Below the pieces are notes generated by a model. That model saw only the letters and a program-made list of their open reading frames with translations, was not told the DNA's origin and did not search any database. Shown one piece after another: positions 24,851 through 32,853 of a stretch of DNA of 64,000 bases (position 1 is its first letter; every line of letters starts with the position of its first letter). The position numbers were made by a program, and so were the translations under genes. The stretch spans positions 615,679 through 679,678 of the forward strand of contig NMRA01000050.1 in NCBI GenBank assembly GCA_002633005.1. The letters run 5' to 3'. The stretch is from Phoronis australis (taxonomy: Eukaryota > Animalia > Phoronida).

Positions 24851-27049
24851 ATTAACACCAAGTAGAAATTTCATTTTTATGAAAGTTACGTTCATAGCAT
24901 CTTTCTACCATGTGTACACCTCGTTGACTCAATATTATGGCGATTCGGTGAATGAAAGGACTGAGGGTACACACGGAGCTGCTCTCTGCCGGGCTGGAGA
25001 TTTGATTTGAGTGACAGCCCTATAACCTTTGCTTCAGATAAGTAGTAAACAAAATTTCTAAGTGGTTGTGTGGTTGCAAGGTGGTTCTGCTAAATTATTT
25101 TTTTCTCGCTACATGGTATGTAATTTGTATTTAGAGTTCTCCGAAAATAAACATTATGTATTTTACTAGACATATGTGAAATATTGTAAAAACCACCAAG
25201 TTTGAGATAGCTTTAAGTCAGTAAATGATTTGCTTGTAATAATGCTTGTTATTTTATTTTGTAGCAGTTTATAATCACTGTTTACTGTTTGCAGCAGTAG
25301 AATATTGTTTAAAGTCACCATTTACCGGTTCCAGTTGCTGGTTAACTATCATCTATCAATATTTTCTGGTTTTATTGCTAGTTGTGCTTGGAAGTACATA
25401 GCTTGTTTTCAAATAATAGTTCCTTTGACATCATCGAATTGTGATTTTTTATGCGCCCGCATTATGCTGTCATCTCTGTGTGTCCAGCTGGCAATCTGTC
25501 AGTCCATCTGTCCGGGGTCTGCTGCTATATCTCCATAACCCCTTTATGTATCTTCATGAAATAGTGTACCCTCTGACACAGCGCCACCTATACTGAAAAG
25601 TGGCCCTGTGGAAACATGATGCACGTCACCACTTGTACTCATCCCATGTACCTGCAATATGCCATGCACTCGGCGGTTGCATATCAACGCCTTGTGTTGC
25701 TCTTGTCTGAGAAGCTCTTATGCCAAGTGAGCACTTTATGATCTTGAGCTTGATAATGCAATCTTGGACAAGCTTTTTGACTTACTGTCACTGCACATTG
25801 GGACACCCATAAGTGTTTGGCTTTTGTGTAAAACAGCACAACTTATTATAAGCGAAGTTCTTTTCAACACTAACTGCGTATCTATGGTAACTGCAGGTGT
25901 AGCCATGCTGGACTCCTACTGTCAGAAGAATATTCACGTGGAGAACCCTACAGGTGACCCTTATCACCAGTGGTGCCCCCCATCAGCCAGGGGTGACATG
26001 AGGACCACCAGTGCCCCTGTGAACAAATTGAAGGGAGAGCACAGTTTGAGTCTACTAAGGTTTGTGTGTATTCTGTCGTGCTACTGCACTCACCTTCAGA
26101 AAAATTGAAACAACGCCATAAGACACTGTTCACTCAGAATGTTAAGCTGCAGCACTTGGCCATGAGGTATCTCTGTAATCGTGTGTCCTGTCCTATTCAT
26201 GAACAACTAAATGGGCTAATGTAATTCATGTAGCTACAAAATAACTTAACAACAAGTGACAATAAAGAAAGACTTGGGCACAAGTTTGACTCAACTACAA
26301 TCCATTATATCTAGTATAAGACTTCTTAAGTTGGACGAATGGTGATCATTGCCTTCACTATAGTTTTCATATTAAATCTCTTTTTAGACTTCAGTTGTCC
26401 AAATTAGAGAAACGTAAGTTTGCTCTGCTTCACTACACAGTAATGACAGCAAAGTTAAAATGAACCCATATGTTGAAGACTCGTGTGTTGGCCTCAATTT
26501 CAGTCACTACCATGTAATTCGCATATCCACCGTTTAAAGTGATATACTAAACCCTGTTTTGACATTACATTCATTGACTTATAATCACCTGCAAACTTGG
26601 TTTTGTTAATGTAGACCTCTATCAGCCATAGGAATGACTTGATCTTTATCCTTACCCACGTGAGAAGTGTTTTATAGTCTAGGCAGATACTGGCAGTTTG
26701 TTAGTACTTGAGAGGATGCCTGGAAAATAAATTGACCTTTGAACCTGATCTCAAGCAATAACAAAGTGTCAATCATCCCAAGACCACACCTCATCCTTAA
26801 TAGGAGTGAGCAACAAATTAATTCCAGATTTTTAACGGGTGCTGTAAAACAAAAGTTGTTTTTCTCATTAACTACTTTACCAGTTCTTGCACAAGTAACC
26901 TGTCTCTTTCACTGTCCCTCCTCAGCCTTAACAGTGCTCAACAGTTGCCTAAGATCAAGAAGAAATCCAAGGTGCCAAAGGGGTCTGGCCTCAGGGTTGA
27001 CTCTCTGGTATCCAGTCGCAGCTGTCGGCAGATCCAGGTGCCCAGCTGA
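8439..27049 (+). CDS. TTLL4: Tubulin monoglutamylase TTLL4 orthologue, whole gene span; 15 coding exons to the first stop TGA at 27047-27049; 5' end uncertain (first in-exon ATG at 8520, MGERSMTG)
   Basis: Exons 8439-10574, 12317-12432, 13495-13740, 14213-14323, 15040-15311, 15642-15724, 17070-17198, 19176-19298, 19674-19772, 20177-20311, 20817-20927, 22166-22280, 24388-24598, 25897-26059 and 26926-27093 all have AG/GT boundaries and join in frame once the artefactual duplication at 9763-10296 is removed. TTL-domain motifs: [72 protein letters not shown]. The long disordered N-terminus, the WLGCWGKHMK motif and the Arg in ASARG (initiase-type residue) point to TTLL4. Confidence 0.9.
9228..10296 (+). 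other. Assembly artefact: two allelic copies (9228-9761 and 9763-10296) of the same 534 bp joined by a single N
   Basis: Near-identical direct repeat at offset 535 with 5 substitutions. The junction is an N, and removing one copy restores the reading frame. Confidence 0.85.
12317..12432 (+). CDS. TTLL4: TTLL4 acidic exon (ERMPGDGEADDMEDDDMEDDDEAIDNLDDDGDDLVSSD)
   Basis: ttgcag| acceptor and G|gtgaga donor; phase 2 in and phase 1 out match the neighbouring exons. Confidence 0.8.
13495..13740 (+). CDS. TTLL4: TTLL4 exon (DESIIDSL...SLFSNVPPVITFVAEGET)
   Basis: tttcag| acceptor, CAG|gtgtgt donor, phase 1/1. SLFxNVPP motif precedes the TTL domain. An in-frame alternative acceptor is possible at 13474. 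Confidence 0.85.
13923..14013. repeat. Tandem duplication of about 46 bp (2 copies)
   Basis: ggtgtgtaaagcatgca..tgataacacttttgagaa.tgtgag occurs twice. Confidence 0.8.
14213..14323 (+). CDS. TTLL4: TTLL4 exon (VEQLPWDIRKFLKWRMCSITPNVVKNCIARSGFRPTK)
   Basis: tttcag| acceptor, A|gtgagt donor; TTLL4-like LKW..S.TPNVVK..I.RS.F motif. Confidence 0.9.
14377..14540. repeat. 42-bp minisatellite, about 3.9 copies
   Basis: Unit tgcagtgaattcacaaaagggtaatctgtgtaaatacagtat. Confidence 0.95.
15040..15311 (+). CDS. TTLL4: TTLL4 TTL-domain exon (SHDWLGCWGKHMK...KWIIKP)
   Basis: ttgcag| acceptor, CCG|gtgagc donor; [22 protein letters not shown] motif. Confidence 0.95.
15642..15724 (+). CDS. TTLL4: TTLL4 exon ([28 protein letters not shown])
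   Basis: ttttag| acceptor, AA|gtgagt donor; ATP-grasp loop motif. Confidence 0.95.
16293..16476. repeat. (TAT/TAC)n microsatellite inside an interspersed repeat (second copy near 24730-24900)
   Basis: Trinucleotide run; the left flank gtcaactagtaaaag...gattataaaaatatg...tgtgccatt is shared with 24740-24815. Confidence 0.9.
17070..17198 (+). CDS. TTLL4: TTLL4 exon ([43 protein letters not shown])
   Basis: tttcag| acceptor, AA|gtaagt donor; KFDxRxY motif. Confidence 0.95.
17801..18707. mobile_element. Kolobok-like MITE with long TIRs (at least 340 bp) and TTAA TSD; interior broken by N at 18363
   Basis: ttaa|GAGTGAAGTA...TACTTCACTC|ttaa; 17801-18139 is the inverted copy of 18364-18707. Confidence 0.8.
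19176..19298 (+). CDS. TTLL4: TTLL4 exon ([23 protein letters not shown]...QGHKW)
   Basis: ttacag| acceptor, TG|gtatgt donor; HLTNYS motif. Confidence 0.95.
19674..19772 (+). CDS. TTLL4: TTLL4 exon (SLKALWGYLKKKGVDTKQIWENIKDLIVKTIIS)
   Basis: tgacag| acceptor, TC|gtaagt donor, phase 2/2. Confidence 0.92.
20177..20311 (+). CDS. TTLL4: TTLL4 exon (SESAVNSMIK...[25 protein letters not shown])
   Basis: tgccag| acceptor, TC|gtaagt donor; catalytic GFD and EVN motifs. Confidence 0.95.
20817..20927 (+). CDS. TTLL4: TTLL4 exon (LHSNSQLDINVKGQMIKDLHNLAGFRIPEKSDVTETP)
   Basis: ttatag| acceptor, CC|gtaaga donor; end of the TTL domain. Confidence 0.92.
21749..21991. repeat. 18-bp minisatellite (tgtgcagtgctgcagtac)n, about 13 copies
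   Basis: Directly visible tandem array. Confidence 0.95.
22166..22280 (+). CDS. TTLL4: TTLL4 exon (CKSGIPKELLMDKRLYSTQLAPDERAKHAYYCQKWQDE)
   Basis: ttgcag| acceptor, GAG|gttggt donor; phases fit both neighbours. Confidence 0.85.
22465..24090 (+). mobile_element. Helentron-associated/DINE-1-like non-autonomous element with a central ~145-bp satellite array
   Basis: Degenerate 5' subterminal IR/hairpin, internal tandem monomers, and a 3' end GGGCGCAT + hairpin caatgc-tcc-gcattg + CTCTTGTT. An inverted homologue lies at 58959-60621. Confidence 0.8.
24388..24598 (+). CDS. TTLL4: TTLL4 exon (TVIPTILDIYTPDDLRVLIETIDEDSRRGGFQRVFP...EAR)
   Basis: ttgtag| acceptor, G|gtaaca donor; TPDD.R.L...DE..R.G.F.R.FP motif typical of the TTLL4 C-terminal region. 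Confidence 0.9.
24813..24850. repeat. (ATT)n microsatellite
   Basis: Directly visible. Confidence 0.9.
25445..25706 (+). mobile_element. Short Helentron/DINE-like element of the same structural class
   Basis: Starts tttttatgcgcccgcattatgctgtcatctc and ends gcatatcaacgc-cttgtgttg-ctcttgt. Confidence 0.65.
25897..26059 (+). CDS. TTLL4: TTLL4 exon (GVAMLDSYCQKNIHVENPTGDPYHQWCPPS...SLSLL)
   Basis: ctgcag| acceptor, AG|gtttgt donor; phase 1 in, phase 2 out. Confidence 0.8.
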
Positions 27050-27093
27050 CAGTCGTCCCGCTTGCCCCCACTAACAGAGCTATTTGCCAACAG
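26926..27093 (+). CDS. TTLL4: TTLL4 penultimate exon (SLNSAQQLPKIKKKSK...QIQVPS*), in-frame TGA at 27047-27049, donor 44 nt downstream
   Basis: cctcag| acceptor in the required phase; CAG|gtatgt donor at 27093/27094. Confidence 0.7.
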
Positions 27094-28424
27094 GTATGTT
27101 GATGAAATTGTTATGATGGGTGCAAGGGCAGATTGTTATTCCATCTTCCTCTTTAAAATATTGTGTAAAATTTCATTACTCATAACATGACTCAAAACTT
27201 GAGAAAAAGCAAAGAATACATTTCAGTGAAAAAAAATCATATTTCAATTTTTGTAAAAGCCCATTTTTAATCCCTTTTACAGGAAATACTACAACTGCTA
27301 TTTTCAAAATCTTCCTGTAGTTTTGTCTGAGTCATTACATATTGCGTTTTGGTCATGATAGACCGACCCTAAAGAACTCGCATTATTTTCGGATCGGTAG
27401 AAATTCCGGAGAAAACCACAAACCTTTGTTTGGTCAGTAGCATGCGATTTCACGCCTACACACATTACTTGATGGTGAGACTAGATGTAATGACCATGTT
27501 CATTGCCCTTACAGCCCAAATGGGTTATAAACTATTGAAATCACTGACAAAGCATGTTAAATTTGTATCCTGTGGAGATTCTATCACGAACATTTCGCAT
27601 TATGAATAAACAATTACAAGCATAAAGCCATTTTAGCTTACTGTATTTGTACTTTGTCTCAGATAATTTTGTAAACTTGGTCTCAATCTGTTTCTCATTT
27701 AATGAGAAGAGTTCTCAAGGTATATAAAGAACTAACATTAGGCAGTAACTTGAGACCAGGCTCACTAATTTGGCTGGACACAGTTGTTCATTGTCAGTGT
27801 ATGGTCGCCTAGACTACATTGCCCCCTATTGGCTCTACTAACAACTTCAAACTGCCATGGGGAAATGAGTTGCACCATAGCCCGCTGCCTCTTAATCTAT
27901 TCAGAATTCCATTAAACATGAATACCTATATGGCAAGTGGTGGCAGAGTACACTGAAGTATGTCTGGCTTCTGTTTGCTGAGTGTGTTCAGCCGTGTGCC
28001 CTGTCGTCGTGGCAACATTTTTTTCAGAGGGTTTTTACTGCTGGCATTTTTATCGAACTACATCAAACAAATAACTTGTCACTTGACGGTATTAAAAATC
28101 AACAACTGTGGTGATATGGTCTCGGCTATTATCAGCCAAGAGACGAACAGACTACACATGTACCAGACGTTATGTTCCCCTGTACCCAATATTTACAGGT
28201 GTGATAATGTCTGTTATTATGTTTATTTGTTGTCATCTTAACTGTGATTAAAGTGATGCTGTGTGCACTTTTTAGGCTCAATAGTCTGCAAAATTGATTT
28301 AAATCTTCCATCAAATTCAAAATAAAACAAGACTCGCCATTGGAGTAAATACGTGTCCCAAGGTGATAGCTGTACTAGTTGTGAGCCTGGTTTGTCATGT
28401 GGACCATTCTCTTATCATATGCAG

Positions 28425-28539
28425 GTTGTCACTACCAAGGGTTCATCGCCACGGTACAGGTGCTATGTCGTCCAGTCCACGAAAGAGAAAGAAGAAATCT
28501 AAAAAGACATTTGGTGCCAGAATCTACCAACCCGAGTGA
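28425..28539 (+). CDS. TTLL4: Start of the TTLL4 terminal exon; coding only if the upstream TGA is read through (RLSLPRVHRHGTGAMSSSPRKRKKKSKKTFGARIYQPE*), otherwise 3' UTR
   Basis: Acceptor ttctcttatcatatgcag| at 28424. The frame continues from 27093 to TGA 28537-28539. T-rich UTR-like sequence follows to about 31 kb. Confidence 0.5.
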
Positions 28540-29254
28540 ATTACACCCAATTGTTGTCTTACATTCCCAGGAAAGTTATATCCAACTCAGAAGAACGTGT
28601 CGTGCATCATGTTTGAGTTGCCGACTCCACCACTCTTTGTAATGTTTGTTATTGAAGAGGTACACCAACTGTACCTACGCTCATGTTTACTGTGTTTGCA
28701 ATACTTCTATTTGAATGCATTCTTGGTAACACATTGAGCATGTGTGTGTCAGTTAACGGGAACCTTTATTATGTCTGTCTGTCTGTCTGTTTGTCTGTAT
28801 GGTTATGACGAATTCGTATTAATCTCGGGTCATGTTTTTATCAATTTCTTCTTAAATTCTATTTTTTGATTCAGATATCACAAGTTGTTTTCTCTATTTT
28901 TGCATATGATTACTGCTGATTTCCTATGATATAGTTACTTTGTCAAATTATAAAACAAATATTAATGAGTGTTGTTATCAATATCATATTATGTAATGTC
29001 ATATTGCTGTGTTTGAACCGGTTTAGATATACACGTAATTTATTCACGGTGCTGAATCCTTATCGTGCCTGCTATACCAGTGGTTGTGGTACATTGGACT
29101 GTGCGGCCCTGTTCATATTTTCTTTTCTCAGTTCTACAAAGTTTACCAAAGATTGAGGTGCATGTCAATGAGTTGTCTGTTGATGCTAAACATGTCATGT
29201 TATGTTAATGAGGTGGATATTCGAAACCCTAACTTGCTGTTGGCAATTGTGTTG

Positions 29255-29390
29255 TATGCAGATATGTGACACTTCTCATTATTGGTTAGTGTCTATGCAA
29301 ATATGTGACACTTATCATTATTGGTTAGTGTCTATGCAAATATGTGACACTTATCATTATTGGTTAGTGTCTATGCAAATATGTGACACT
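29255..29390. repeat. 39-bp minisatellite (about 3.5 copies) in the putative TTLL4 3' UTR
   Basis: Unit tatgcaaatatgtgacacttatcattattggttagtgtc. Confidence 0.9.
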
Positions 29391-32315
29391 CCTGCTGTGC
29401 TATTGTATTGTTAGCATTCGGCCATATTGTCATTGGTGGAAATTCTTAGTGAACTGGTTTATTTGAATATCCATCAAATTACTTTATCCAGCAGTTTCTA
29501 TGTGATCTGGTTGACACGACATTTCTGTGAAAGTTGAGATTTCTGTGTTTGTTGATTTTTGTTTGTCCGTCATGTTGGTGGAAGGAGATAGCTCTCTCTG
29601 TACTGAGACATTGTCAGGATGGAAACTGAATACTCAGTGTCATGGATGTCAGTTTAGTTCGTATTTACAGGTACAAGTTGTTGAGATGGTGTTGGACTGT
29701 GCCAGGTATATAGTTACTGCGTAACCATGTTGTGCTAACAGGTTATCTCGCTAGCTGTTGGGGGTGAGCGGGGACAGGCCTGAGGGTCAAGTTGAAATGT
29801 TGTTTGTTATAATCATTACCATCATTGTAATTATACCATTTAGTGCTGACAGGTTTTGTTGCAAGATTGTACGTCTAGTTTTGTTAATATTAGAAGCCAT
29901 GTTTAATCAATTGTAAATATGGTATACGGAAAGTTAAGTCGCTGACATTTTTAATTTAGTTGGTTGGAGCTTTGTTTAGGCTGTGATTGGTTAATTAATT
30001 AATTTTGCGTTTATCTGTGGTAATTGTGCTCTTAAGATTTGCTTAGAAGTTGTCGTGGTAAAGCACTTGCTAGGACTTTGTTTCTTTAACAGCTGTGGTT
30101 GAAATGTTGCACAAATGCAAGTTAGGTTTTGAAGATGTGGAAGGCATTACAGTGTTGTTAGCTTGTTCATCGTTTGCTTCATAAATCCTTGCCACTCTCA
30201 TTTCACAGACACAAACTCTGTTTCATGATTTTTAAATTATTTAGCGTGTCCAGAGTGAACTAGAAATTCAAGATAGTATGGAAAGAGTCTCCAATTTTGG
30301 AGTCTATAGAATTCGGGACATGGAAATTCCCACAAGTTTCTTTTATTCTGGAATTTGGGACAAGGGCAATTTGGACATACCTCGTATTTCTCAAATTTTG
30401 GTCAACGTTACTTCAGTCTACAGAGTGGGTAATTTTTCTGTCTTTCTGTTGATTCTTGAATTTGGAGTGGCCAACATTGCCTATTTCTAGAATTCGGGAC
30501 ACGCTTCGACCTTGAGCAAAATACTTTTTACTGTACCAAATTGGAGACTTTTTAGCATAGTCCACTTCTTTAGAAAGGACAATATACATGTTTATGAAGC
30601 ACTGTTTTCTTGGATCAGTCCTGTGTTAGTTCTTATCCTGGGAATGACCACTCATTTTCGAGTCCAGTTATTTGTAGTCTGCTGCAATTGTGCACAATTT
30701 TACCCATGGCCTTGAGCTAACATTTCAATTACTAGCTTGGGCTGTGGGATTGACACTGTTCCGTAACACTCTTGTATTATGTTTACAGGGTTTATTTGCA
30801 ATTACTCATATTCAGTAACTATATATTTTACTTTTCAGTTGTTCATAGTTTATTTTCGGATTGCTCATGTCTTATTTAATGATTCTCTAATACACAATAG
30901 GACATCTTAATACTGCTCTTCTTTCAGTTGTATACTTTGATATTACCATGTGTGTATAATTTCCAATACACATATAGTTCATGAGATTTACAGTACAGTA
31001 CATGGCTAGGAGACACACGTTGACTTGGGGAAAGTGCAAAACCTATATTAGAAGAGCCATCTCATATCAAGTAACCCTTTCATGAAACTTTCTGTCTTTA
31101 TCGAGCCTGGAAATCGATCTGCCGTGGAATAGGCTAAGATTGTACATAAGGTTAAATGATGAAAATTTGTGACCATCATCTCTGTAAACTGCTGAGGAAC
31201 AAATTTTGTTGATATTTATCACAATCTTTTATAATGTTCCTTAACAATGTCAAATTGAACAACCATCATCTGCTATCGATTCTTGAACTGGCAGAGCATC
31301 CTGGAGAAAAGTGCAACTAACCTGCACTAGTGAAATATTTTCCAGTCCTACCTTCTTAGTAAACAAGATCTCAGTTGTATCCAAAGTCTTGCAAACAAAG
31401 ACCCATTAGAGTTTCAAGACAAAAGATGTTACTTGAAAACGCATTTCACACACCGCCTTGTTTAGTTTTGCGAATTTGCAACAGATGGCAAAAGCGTAGT
31501 TTGTATGCTTACTCATGTTAAAAACGACTCAAATTCCTAATTAAATTAAGACCAAAGACAAAAATCCAACTAAGGGTTCATGAAAGGATCTTGTCTGAAT
31601 TTTTGTCTTACCTCAGCCTGAATTTGAATATTAACTAAGACGGATTTTTGGCCTTTAAGTTTTAAGTCATTTTTCATAAAGCGCCTCAGTTTTCACCAAT
31701 TGCCTTGAACGCTTTTCACAAATATGTGCCAACACATACACTTACATGATTAACACTGATTAGCATTCAACACATTCTATTCCTGTATCAACAAACACCA
31801 TTTATTATATAGTGCACAACAGTTACATCATCAATCCCAAGTCTAGTTTCAACCATCATCTTGTAATGGACTGTTGACAAAACAAATGTTTGTTAAATAA
31901 ATAAAGTGTAAATAGCACCATAACAGTGTCCAAATAGTTTGGACCTCAGTCATAACCAGAAGAGGTGTCACTCGGTACAGTAGTTAACTCTTCATTAAAC
32001 TACCAGCATAAGCCATCACACTCAAGTAGTACTGTCACCCCACTGCCCAGTGTTCCTAAGTAATGGTTTACCTATATAAATACAACTGCATTAACATGGA
32101 CATGTATACAAACTAGTGAAACCGGATAAACACATGGAGCTCAAATGAGTCATTGGCCAGCAATCAGCTGAAGTAGCGAAGCATAGTGTACAACAATAAC
32201 TAAAGATGTCACTGACTGGTGAGGAGTTAACAGACTTAGTCAGTGTCTTTGAGTGCAAAGTACTTGGATCGACACCTGTGTTGCTTGGAGGCATTTCACG
32301 CTGGTCCCTACTCAC

Positions 32316-32369
32316 GCACAGCTGGAGTCCAAACGGTCCAGGATAATTCCTCTCCTGTTCAGTTGCTCT
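32316..32369 (-). CDS. Possible additional small exon of the LYPD6-like gene (REQLNRRGIILDRLDSSCA)
   Basis: Acceptor cattttgatatcag| and strong donor GC|gtgagt; phase-compatible with the donor AG|gtaaca at 32672. Confidence 0.4.
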
Positions 32370-32667
32370 CTGATATCAAAATGTGGTGATTACAAAAGGT
32401 CTTTCTTTTAATTTACAAGGAATGCGACCCTCTTTAGTTTTTGAATTCTATGAATGGTCCTCATCTCGCTGGTTCCCTTCGTGCTGCTAGGTGGTCAGTA
32501 GCCAGCGTGCTGGCTAGGCACGTAGGGGACCAGCGAGTGGTCCTCATAAGCTTCCTCCATTTTTGCCCATGCCGTCATTTAATTCTGGGACGTTCGGTCT
32601 TCCACGTTATCCAATCTTCTTTTCACGGCAAAGCACTCACCATTGACTTGAGTGACAATAATAACTG

Positions 32668-32853
32668 TTACCTCCTGTCGTATGAAAATACTTCTGCAAC
32701 TATGGCAACAACCAATAGTGGAAAACGATTGGATGCAGTCCTTGTGGCAGCATTGCTTAGTCCCAAATCTATGGTCGACAAGGCAATAGCAGACGACATG
32801 TTTGTGGGAACGAACTCGTTGCAATAAGAATGAGTGCAACACGAAATGCATTC
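32668..32853 (-). CDS. LYPD6: LYPD6-like exon (ECISCCTHSYCNEF...YDRR*)
   Basis: ttttttcag| acceptor; CCxxxxCN end of the LU domain followed by a hydrophobic tail. Confidence 0.85.
   Translation of the reverse strand, partial: ECISCCTHSYCNEFVPTNMSSAIALSTIDLGLSNAATRTASNRFPLLVVAIVAEVFSYDRR

Noticed and set aside
28540-31900. SECIS element that would make the TTLL4 TGA a selenocysteine codon
   Set aside because: No convincing AUGA/AA/GA kink-turn hairpin found by eye, and the TGA is not in a redox motif. A SECISearch run would be needed to exclude it.
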